Positions 15,826 through 23,055 of a stretch of DNA of 38,471 nucleotides are shown here, piece by piece; position 1 is the stretch's first letter; each line of letters starts with the position of its first letter. The DNA is from an uncultured bacterium. Lineage in GTDB: Bacteria; Patescibacteriota; Minisyncoccia; Phycocordibacterales; UBA6065. Under the pieces are notes generated by a model. The model did no database searches. It was not told where the DNA came from and saw nothing but the letters and a program-made list of their open reading frames with translations. The stretch lies in assembly GCA_963841935.1 (NCBI GenBank), contig CAWJEP010000005.1, positions 230,003 through 268,473 of the forward strand, given 5' to 3'. Position numbers and translations under genes: made by a program.

Positions 15826-16800
15826 AGACCCGTCGTAGAGCTCGCTGTCCGACGAACCGATTAGCGAAATATCGCGCAAGTCGTAAAAGCCGTAACCGTA
15901 TTTTGAAAATAGCGAGTTTAAAACATTCGGCACTTCCCTATACGTGGCGCCATGAATGTCATTCAACGACTCTAGCTTCTCGTAAACCTCCAGAGCGTAG
16001 GGAGACAAATATCCTATGACGTATATGTTTCTGGATTTGCACAGCGACAAAAATTCCTCGACGCGAGCGAGGTTTGCCTCCAATATGGAAGTCTCGTACT
16101 CCGTCGAACCCTGTATGTCCGACACGGTCTCCGCTATTTCGCTCGGAATGGTTTTTTGCACCTCTTGTATTTCGGCCGGCGTACCCCTGTCGAGACTGCC
16201 GTCGGCTCTATATCCGTGTCCAGATATAACGGCGTTGAGACCTATGTTGTCGTCGCTTTTCCTGCCCGCGAGAAATTTTTCAAGAGAAAAATAGCCGCTG
16301 AAATAATCCACGTAAAAGTCGCGCCATCCTGTTGTTATGAAGTAAGTAAACGGATTGTAAGTAAAAGAGTTTTCCGAAGCCAAATTGGTGCTCGTTAAAT
16401 AGCTGGAAGCGTCGAAGAGTATGATTTTCGGGTCGCTGCCACTGGGCAGAGCGTTTATGTACTGCGATAAATCATCGGCGTTGAGAGTGTAGTCAGCGGT
16501 ATAACCGGCGTTGTAGAAAGTGCCGGCCTTGAAAAAATCGGAATCGAACGTCAATGTTCTGGATGTTCCCACCACAATAACGTCCGATTTATGCGAAATC
16601 GTCCCGGCTAATTTGTACGGCTTGTCGGTAAAGGACGTGGCGCTCGAAAGATAGAGCACGTCGGGATTTTTTTCTTGAATGTTCACCACTTGTGACATTG
16701 GCATATATTCCCCGCTCATGACAAATATCACAAGCGGCGGCACGAAGAACAGAGATATCGGAATAACAAACAAGAGAGATTTGATAATGAAATTTTTCAT
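15706..16800 (-). CDS. DltD-like / SGNH-type extracytoplasmic acyl-transfer protein, N-terminal TM anchor (paralog 1)
   Basis: An in-frame ATG at 16800 gives 364 aa (MKNFIIKSLLFVIPISLFF...). Candidate nucleophile block VVGTSRTLTF and a C-terminal DxxH block (LYDGSHPTEKS). Size, single N-terminal TM and position downstream of an MBOAT gene match DltD/AlgJ-type partners. Confidence 0.6.
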   Translation of the reverse strand: MKNFIIKSLLFVIPISLFFVPPLVIFVMSGEYMPMSQVVNIQEKNPDVLYLSSATSFTDKPYKLAGTISHKSDVIVVGTSRTLTFDSDFFKAGTFYNAGYTADYTLNADDLSQYINALPSGSDPKIILFDASSYLTSTNLASENSFTYNPFTYFITTGWRDFYVDYFSGYFSLEKFLAGRKSDDNIGLNAVISGHGYRADGSLDRGTPAEIQEVQKTIPSEIAETVSDIQGSTEYETSILEANLARVEEFLSLCKSRNIYVIGYLSPYALEVYEKLESLNDIHGATYREVPNVLNSLFSKYGYGFYDLRDISLIGSSDSELYDGSHPTEKSTIRLLIYLAEREPKLSAYVDIPTLEQKIISQPF

Positions 16801-16801
16801 G

Positions 16802-16927
16802 ACATTTCTAAAACGGTTGGGAAATAATTTTCTGTTCCAGAGTCGGAATGTCGACGTAAGCGGAAAGTTTCGGCTCTCTCTCCGCCAAATATATGAGAAG
16901 CCGAATCGTGGATTTTTCCGTCGGATG
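16802..16927. repeat. 126-bp near-identical direct repeat, copy 2 (3' end of DltD-like paralog 2)
   Basis: Same sequence as 15700..15825, offset by 1102 bp, with a single t/c difference. Confidence 0.9.
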
Positions 16928-17926
16928 TTCCGAATCATACAATTCTGAATCGGAAGACCCTATGGCAGTTAAATTTCTCACGTCATAAAAATCGTACTTG
17001 TATTTCATGAAAAGCGGTTGGATGACGGATGGAGCATTTCTATATGTTTCGCCGTAGGAATTTTGCTCCGATTCCAAAGCGTCATACATTTCAACGGCGT
17101 AGGGAGATAGGTATCCTATGACATAAATATTTTTTGACTTGCAAAGAGCCAATAATTTATCTATCCCGGCAAGATTGCTTTCCGAAAGGGACGCGCCGTA
17201 ATCCAGAGAGGATTCTTGTCCCGCCTTGATGATCGACGTGTAATAAGATATTTCCGACGGAATGCCTTCCTGCATGGTTTGTATTTCTTCCGTTGTCCCC
17301 CTGTCCAAACTGCCGTCTTTTCTGAAGCCGGCTCGATGCAGGATGGCGTCAAGTCCTATGTTTTGATTATCTTTTTCCCCGCTGGCTTGGATCAAAGCGC
17401 CAATAGAAAATCGTCCATTTAGATAATCGGTATATATGTCGTGCCAACCGGACGTCAAAAAAAATGTGAGCGGATTATAAGATGTGACAATATCCGTTCC
17501 CAGCGCGTCAGGACTGTCTATTTTCAAATAACCGGACAAATCAAGAAGTATCAACTTGAGTTTGCTATCCGAAGACAAATCTTTCACGTACTCGTACATA
17601 TCGTTTGCGTTAAGAGTCACCCCTCCGGAATTGTAGAAAACTGTCGGGTCTTTAAAGAAACCGGACTGAAAGGTTACCGACCTGGACGTCCCGAGCACGA
17701 TTATTTCCGGGTCTTCCCGCTTGGCCGAAATGAGTTTGTAAAGCCATTCGGAATCCTTGGGAGACTCCGGCAGATAAAGAATATTGCTCTGACTTTGTTG
17801 CTGGCGATTTATGATGGTTGATAAGGGAAGATATTCTCTGTCGAGAAAAAATACCCCGAAAAATAAAAGAAAAAACAAGGCAATCGGGATACCGAACAAG
17901 AGACATTTGACTATAAAACTTTTCAT
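16808..17926 (-). CDS. DltD-like / SGNH-type extracytoplasmic acyl-transfer protein, N-terminal TM anchor (paralog 2)
   Basis: An in-frame ATG at 17926 gives 372 aa (MKSFIVKCLLFGIPIALFF...). Blocks LGTSRSVTF and LYDSEHPTEKS. It aligns with paralog 1 throughout, and the last 39 aa are identical. Confidence 0.6.
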   Translation of the reverse strand: MKSFIVKCLLFGIPIALFFLLFFGVFFLDREYLPLSTIINRQQQSQSNILYLPESPKDSEWLYKLISAKREDPEIIVLGTSRSVTFQSGFFKDPTVFYNSGGVTLNANDMYEYVKDLSSDSKLKLILLDLSGYLKIDSPDALGTDIVTSYNPLTFFLTSGWHDIYTDYLNGRFSIGALIQASGEKDNQNIGLDAILHRAGFRKDGSLDRGTTEEIQTMQEGIPSEISYYTSIIKAGQESSLDYGASLSESNLAGIDKLLALCKSKNIYVIGYLSPYAVEMYDALESEQNSYGETYRNAPSVIQPLFMKYKYDFYDVRNLTAIGSSDSELYDSEHPTEKSTIRLLIYLAEREPKLSAYVDIPTLEQKIISQPF

Positions 17927-17930
17927 TTTT

Positions 17931-19412
17931 TCAGAATTTAAAATAGATGAACGGCTCGGCACCCAGATAGCCGACTACAAGTATGCTAAAGACGAGTCCA
18001 TAATACGCGCTCCATCGCACTAGACGGCTTTTGTTTTCCAGAATAAATCTCGTGCCTTTTTTCGCCTGAAGATATTGGACGAATTCCATAAATATTATTG
18101 CGACTATTATAATGAGAAAGAATTTCGTCGTGATACCAAGACTGCTATAGCTGAAGATACTCGCGCGAGACGCGTATTCTTCAACCGGATGAGCTATCGC
18201 GTACCACGCCTTTCCGAAAACTTGAAAAGCCTGCGGCATGTCTGCCGCCCGGAAAAAAACAAGACTCACGGTAAAGAGAAAAAAAGTCACGCCGGTCTGC
18301 CATATTTGCCGCAAAGCTTTATGGTTGACCAGACGAGCGGCGCGCGAAATAAAATTTCGCGCGCTCGCCGTCCAGGAAGAAAAAATCATGTAGACGCCTT
18401 GGAGGGTTCCAAAGATTACGTATGTCCAGTTGGCTCCGTGCCAAAGACCTATCAAAACGAAGGTTATGAAAATACTCAAATATATGCGCGCCTTAGTTAT
18501 TTTTTTTCCGGCAAATGCCAATGGATAATAGAGATAATCTTTGAGCCAGCTCGATAGCGATATATGCCATCTCTGCCAAAGTTCCGCGATGGAACGAGAC
18601 GCGTACGGGCGTTCAAAGTTGTTGACCAAATCGTAACCGAAAACCAAAGCCGTACCAACGGCAATGTCGGAATAACCGGAAAAATCGCAGTAAATCTGGT
18701 AGGCGAAGAATACGGCGGCGATTATGACGCTCACGCCGTTTGTGCCGCTTATATTTGAATATATGTGGTCCACCAGAAGTCCTATTCTGTCCGCGATAAC
18801 CAGTTTTTTGAAAAAACCCCAGAGCATGAGTTCGAAACCCCTTCGGATTTTCGCGTAATCGAAAGAGTGCGATTCATGGAACTGGTGTAACAGCTGTTGT
18901 GGCCGCTCGATCGGACCGGCGACGAGCTGAGGAAAAAACATCACGTACAAAGCGTATATTCCGTAGTGCCGCTCCGGCTCCTGTTTGCCTTTGTAAACCT
19001 CAATGACGTAACTAAGACTTTGAAACACGTGAAATGAAAGTCCGAGGGGCAAAGCTATGTCCAAAAGAACCAAAGGATAATTCCAGTGGATGAGCTGGGC
19101 TATGACCGCCACGTTTTCGTTGAAGAAATTAAAATACTTGAAAAAAAACAAAGTGCCGAGATTGGCGATGATACTCATCACGAGAAAAATTTTTCTCCTG
19201 TGTCCGGTGGCTTTGGATATTTGGATTCCCAGGACATAGTCGACGGTTATGAGAAAAAACAGAATCAGAATAAATTTCGGAATGTAGGCCATGTAAAAAT
19301 AACAGCTGCCTAAAAGCAAAAGAAGCCAGCGGTAACGGTCTGGCACGACGGAATAATACAAAAAAAACATCACCACGAAGAAGACGAGGAATTGTAATGA
19401 ATCGAATGACAT
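17931..19412 (-). CDS. Membrane-bound O-acyltransferase (MBOAT; DltB/AlgI-like)
   Basis: 493-aa polytopic ORF. Hallmark motifs are SIAELWQRWHISLSSWLKDYLYYPL and VLIGLWHGANWTYVIFG, which contains the conserved His. Confidence 0.9.
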   Translation of the reverse strand: MSFDSLQFLVFFVVMFFLYYSVVPDRYRWLLLLLGSCYFYMAYIPKFILILFFLITVDYVLGIQISKATGHRRKIFLVMSIIANLGTLFFFKYFNFFNENVAVIAQLIHWNYPLVLLDIALPLGLSFHVFQSLSYVIEVYKGKQEPERHYGIYALYVMFFPQLVAGPIERPQQLLHQFHESHSFDYAKIRRGFELMLWGFFKKLVIADRIGLLVDHIYSNISGTNGVSVIIAAVFFAYQIYCDFSGYSDIAVGTALVFGYDLVNNFERPYASRSIAELWQRWHISLSSWLKDYLYYPLAFAGKKITKARIYLSIFITFVLIGLWHGANWTYVIFGTLQGVYMIFSSWTASARNFISRAARLVNHKALRQIWQTGVTFFLFTVSLVFFRAADMPQAFQVFGKAWYAIAHPVEEYASRASIFSYSSLGITTKFFLIIIVAIIFMEFVQYLQAKKGTRFILENKSRLVRWSAYYGLVFSILVVGYLGAEPFIYFKF

Positions 19413-19435
19413 AATGTATGTTTAGGGTAACGAAA

Positions 19436-20194
19436 TTATTTTATATTCAACTCAGGAGCGACAAATATTAGGAAATCGGCTTCTTTTCCAACGTTTGAAC
19501 AAAGGAGTGATACCGCCTCAGCCACGTCCGAGGCATCGGCCAATTTATTGTTCGGACTTTTCTTCATCGCCATTTCAATAAAGGCCTTCGGAATTGAACT
19601 GTTCATTCCTCCAGACATAAATCCCGGAGCGACAGCGTGTACGCGGACGCCATATGGAGCCAACTCTTCCCTAAAAATCGAAAGAGTCTCTTGAATCGCC
19701 GATTTGGCCGGAGCGTATGCTCCGAGACCTTGTGCCAAAGAAGCGGAAGCAAGCGCGGCAGTCGTTATGCCCACCATGACTCCAGCTCCGTGTATTTTTT
19801 GAGCTCTCGCGCACACCGAGAGAAAATTGAAACATCCGAAGAAATTTACTTCGAATTGTTTCCTCGCTTCTTCGGCGGAAGAAAGATAAAGACGTTTTCG
19901 GTCAGGGCCCGTGCCGGCGGCACAGATAGAAACATAAATTGGACCCATGTCTTTCTCGATAGCGGCAATAGTTTTATCGACTTCCTCGGCAGAACAAATG
20001 TCGCATATATATGTCTTATGACCGGAACCGGGAAGCGTCGTCAAGAAATCACCTATAACGGACTTTGAGAATCCGTGTATGAGGGCCGCGACGCGGAAAC
20101 CATCAGCGGCAAGCTTCTCTATAATCGCCTTCCCGACATAACCGCTCGCGCCGGCGACGACTGCGACTCTTTTTTTTGAATCGGTTTTTGACAT
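19436..20194 (-). CDS. Short-chain dehydrogenase/reductase (FabG-like)
   Basis: An in-frame ATG at 20194 gives 252 aa: MSKTDSKKRVAVVAGASGYVGKAIIEKL (TGxxxGxG-type Rossmann motif), ...YAPAKSAIQ (YxxxK), ...VRVHAVAPGFM. The track ORF start 20323 would overlap the upstream gene. Confidence 0.85.
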   Translation of the reverse strand: MSKTDSKKRVAVVAGASGYVGKAIIEKLAADGFRVAALIHGFSKSVIGDFLTTLPGSGHKTYICDICSAEEVDKTIAAIEKDMGPIYVSICAAGTGPDRKRLYLSSAEEARKQFEVNFFGCFNFLSVCARAQKIHGAGVMVGITTAALASASLAQGLGAYAPAKSAIQETLSIFREELAPYGVRVHAVAPGFMSGGMNSSIPKAFIEMAMKKSPNNKLADASDVAEAVSLLCSNVGKEADFLIFVAPELNIK

Positions 20195-20204
20195 TTTATG
20201 ACGG

Positions 20205-20621
20205 TTATAAAACCTGAACCAGAGCGTTACCGGAGAGAACCTCCTTATTATCCACCAACACCGATATTTCCACCTCAAGTGTCTTGGTGGAAATGCTCTT
20301 CGAAACGACCTTGCCCGTGACAACCATTCTGTCGCCTATGAATACGGGATTTCTAAAAACCAAATCTTGCTTTAGATAAAGACATCTCTTCCCCGGCAAA
20401 TACATTCCCACCACGCGCGAACACAGCGAACCAACCAGCATGCCGTGGACGAGTCTGCGCTTAAACTTGGTTTTCTCCGCGTACACATCGTCTAGATGAA
20501 GCGGATTCTCGTCTCCCGAAAGTTTGGCGAAATCCGTTACATCGCTTTCGGTAAAAGTCCGTTCGAAGGAAATTGAATCGCCGATTTTGATATCGTCGAT
20601 TGATAAATCTCTGGCTTTCAT
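20205..20621 (-). CDS. MaoC-like (R)-specific hotdog-fold dehydratase/hydratase
   Basis: 138-aa ORF: FAKLSGDENPLHLDDVYAEKTKFKRRLVHGMLVGSLCSRVVG, the MaoC dehydratase signature. ATGA overlap with the ACP gene. Confidence 0.85.
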   Translation of the reverse strand: MKARDLSIDDIKIGDSISFERTFTESDVTDFAKLSGDENPLHLDDVYAEKTKFKRRLVHGMLVGSLCSRVVGMYLPGKRCLYLKQDLVFRNPVFIGDRMVVTGKVVSKSISTKTLEVEISVLVDNKEVLSGNALVQVL

Positions 20622-20848
20622 ATTTTTATACCCTTAGCTCGAAGCATTTTCTTTACGTCGCCTATGGAACCGGCGTGAATGACCTCGTCCATGCCCAGAG
20701 AAACGTCAAACTCCCTCTCCAATTCGGCGATAAAAAGCAAATAATTCATCGAATCCCAATCGGGAATGTGTTTCGAGGTCATGTCGTCGCGGATGTCGGC
20801 TTCTTTGACCTTGAACATCTTGGAAACTATCTCGTTGAATTTATTCAT
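20618..20848 (-). CDS. Acyl/peptidyl carrier protein (phosphopantetheine attachment DSM motif)
   Basis: 76-aa ORF: ...HIPDWDSMNYLLFIAELEREFDV... The Ser lies in a D-S-(L/M) context at the start of helix 2. Its size is like ACP/DltC. Confidence 0.8.
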   Translation of the reverse strand: MNKFNEIVSKMFKVKEADIRDDMTSKHIPDWDSMNYLLFIAELEREFDVSLGMDEVIHAGSIGDVKKMLRAKGIKI

Positions 20849-21884
20849 AAATTGTCTTTATCCACGAAGGCGAATGTGGTGATTTATTTATTTTTGTTTC
20901 CTTGTTTTTGAAATTTTTCTCGACAAATTCTTTTGCCGGAGCGTTTTTCGGCGTTTCTTCGAAAGCAATGGAGATTTTCGAGATTTTTTCTTTCAAAGCC
21001 TGCTTGCGTATGACCGCGAAAAAAGCATCTTCCACGCCCCTGACAAATGCTCTGCAGCTGAGTAGCATGGAAGAAATCCGCCAAGAATCTTTTGATTTGT
21101 CCGTCAGAGCGAAAGCGATGATTCCGTAATCTCCGAATTTGTCGGACAACTTTCCGAAAAACACGTGATGATCCGGACTTTCAATATAGCGCCTCAAGTC
21201 TCCTTCCGTCAAAGGTTTTTTCATCGTGTTGAATTGGTTGGTTTTTTCCGTGAGCTGCGAGAGGCGCGGCAAGCACGAATCATCGTCGCAAAAAACTTCA
21301 AGCTCCAAAGAAAGACTTTTTAAAAAATCTTCTTTAGAAACGAATTTTTTCTCTTCTTCTTTTCTCAAACGTTCCGTGACGTAGAGATTGCCGCGCATTT
21401 TGTCTTCGTCGGTGATGAAACTGGAATCAAAAACGCCCAAAGAATTTAAAAACCTGGCATACTCCGCCGGGTCTTTCGGCAAATCGGGCGTGAGAACTTC
21501 CGGAAGCATGGCGCGGACCGCCGCGCGGTTCGTCTCGTCGTCGTCGAGAAAGACCATGGAGTCGAGACCAATATTTAATTCTCTCGCCAATTCTTTTAGG
21601 TTGTCAACTTTGTCGTTCCAGTTGATGCGCGCGGCGGCGAAATGTTTTTCCCTCAAAATCATGTTCGGATGCGTGCGGATGACCTGCCACGCGTCGTCGG
21701 GGTTGTTGCGGCTGTTAATCGCCAGAATTACTCCGCGGTCAAAATGGTCCATTATCGCCTGCTGAAAAGCCAGAAAACCGTTGCCTGGCGGTTGAAGAGA
21801 CAAAGCCAAGTTTTCCATGCCGTCTTCGCCGACAACTCCTCCCCAGAGCGTATTATCAAGGTCTAGTACTAAGCATTTTTTCAT
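20841..21884 (-). CDS. HAD-superfamily subfamily IIIC / FkbH-like loader enzyme
   Basis: An in-frame ATG at 21884 gives 347 aa. HAD motif I is CLVLDLDNTLWGG. Then ILAINSRNN...INWNDKVDNLKELARELNIGLDSMVFLDDD, and a C-terminal GNAT-like half with the SCR motif (MLLSCRAFVRGVED) characteristic of FkbH-type glyceryl-S-enzyme formation. Confidence 0.75.
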   Translation of the reverse strand: MKKCLVLDLDNTLWGGVVGEDGMENLALSLQPPGNGFLAFQQAIMDHFDRGVILAINSRNNPDDAWQVIRTHPNMILREKHFAAARINWNDKVDNLKELARELNIGLDSMVFLDDDETNRAAVRAMLPEVLTPDLPKDPAEYARFLNSLGVFDSSFITDEDKMRGNLYVTERLRKEEEKKFVSKEDFLKSLSLELEVFCDDDSCLPRLSQLTEKTNQFNTMKKPLTEGDLRRYIESPDHHVFFGKLSDKFGDYGIIAFALTDKSKDSWRISSMLLSCRAFVRGVEDAFFAVIRKQALKEKISKISIAFEETPKNAPAKEFVEKNFKNKETKINKSPHSPSWIKTIYE

Positions 21885-21888
21885 ATAT

Positions 21889-22230
21889 TTAGGCGACGGC
21901 AACGGCGACGGCGAATTTTCCGGCATGAGTTATGGAAATGTCCACGGGCAATTTTTTATTGCTTTTCCAGACTTCGGGTTTGCCGTTTTTGGCGCGGCGG
22001 ATTTCGAGCGACACGAAGGGAAACTTGTCTGTGCCCAAAGCTTTGCTCGCCGCCTCCTTGGCGGCGAAAGTTCCAGCCAAATGCTCTTCCGGACGTTTGT
22101 AACCGAAGCAATAAACTATTTCTTTTTTCGTAAACAATTTATTCAACAAACGCGATTGAGACTTGCTTTTGAGTCCGCGAAATTTCGCGACTTCCGTCAT
22201 GTCCACGCCGATGACGTATTTTTTCGACAT
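21889..22230 (-). CDS. acpS: Holo-[acyl-carrier-protein] synthase (4'-phosphopantetheinyl transferase)
   Basis: VIGVDMTEVAKFR...FTKKEIVYCFG...LAGTFAAKEAASKALGT...LEIRRAKNGKPEV...DISITHAGKFAVAVAVA, a canonical AcpS layout. I place the start at ATG 22230 (MSKKYVIG). Confidence 0.85.
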   Translation of the reverse strand: MSKKYVIGVDMTEVAKFRGLKSKSQSRLLNKLFTKKEIVYCFGYKRPEEHLAGTFAAKEAASKALGTDKFPFVSLEIRRAKNGKPEVWKSNKKLPVDISITHAGKFAVAVAVA

Positions 22231-22355
22231 ATGTGGACTCATCATATAGAAGTTTGAACCGTTTGAAAACCTACCTAATGCGAATGCTACAAAAACAAAA
22301 TGCCTGACATTTTTCGCGCCAAGCATTTTATTTTTCCCCGTAGTCTATCGAGAAA

Positions 22356-23050
22356 TTATTTATTCTGGTCTGATCTTCGAACGTATATCCACCAAACGAC
22401 AACCGCCGCCACGAGGATAAGCAGTATCCACCACAACCAAGAGTAACTCGAAGCGCCTGCTCCGGCCACGGCCGCTACTTGGGTAATCGGTGCGGATTGC
22501 GTCACTTGCGTAGGCGTATTCGTCGCTACTTGAACTACCGGTGCCGTTGTCTTTGGCGTAACAGCGGCCGCGGCGGATACAACAAATGTCGTTCCGTTTC
22601 CGTTGACAACATTTTGGCTGTTGGCTTCAAATGCCAGCGAACTATTCCCTATCTTGATAGCTCCATTTCCGGAATTTTTTGCGTAGAAAGTGATGGTTCC
22701 AAATGTTGTGGCTCCTGAAAATCCATCTGGATATCCGGCGGTTTTCACGAGTATGCCATTAGTATTATTTGTCAAATCATAGCCTGTTTGCGTTAGTGCC
22801 ATCCAATTGCTTCCCAAAGTGAAAGCCGTCACCTCAAATTATTGGCCGGAAAATCAACCTCCAACTTTTCCGCGTAGTTACTCACGCCTTGAGGATCCAC
22901 GGCGACTGTGACAGTGAACGATTTTCCCGCAACAACGCTAACATTCGTCGGAGAAAGTGACGCCGTCGTCGCGGCCAATGCCGGTATCGCTAAAGCGAAG
23001 ACTCCGATGATTGCCACCGCTATACCCACTATTGATGTGTATTTTTTCAT
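22356..23050 (-). pseudogene. Cohesin-domain-like, C-terminally membrane-anchored protein split by a -1 frame break at about 22829..22834
   Basis: ORF 22829..23050 carries a signal peptide plus ASLSPTNVSVVAGKSFTVTVAVDPQGVSNYAEKLEVDFPANNLR*. ORF 22356..22832 (GTG start, frame -1) carries VTAFTLGSNW...GTITFYAKNSGNGAIKIGNSSLAFE..., a Thr/Pro/Ala linker and a TM anchor WLWWILLILVAAVVVWWIYVRR. Joined together they read as one continuous cohesin-like beta-sandwich. Confidence 0.55.
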
Positions 23051-23055
23051 GTTTT

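Noticed and set aside
22829-22831. TGA recoding (genetic code 25/4) as an explanation for the split genes
   Set aside because: The downstream halves are in different reading frames rather than in-frame after the stop. TGA also terminates many well-delimited genes here, for example 522..1133 with an ATGA overlap. Code 11 fits.
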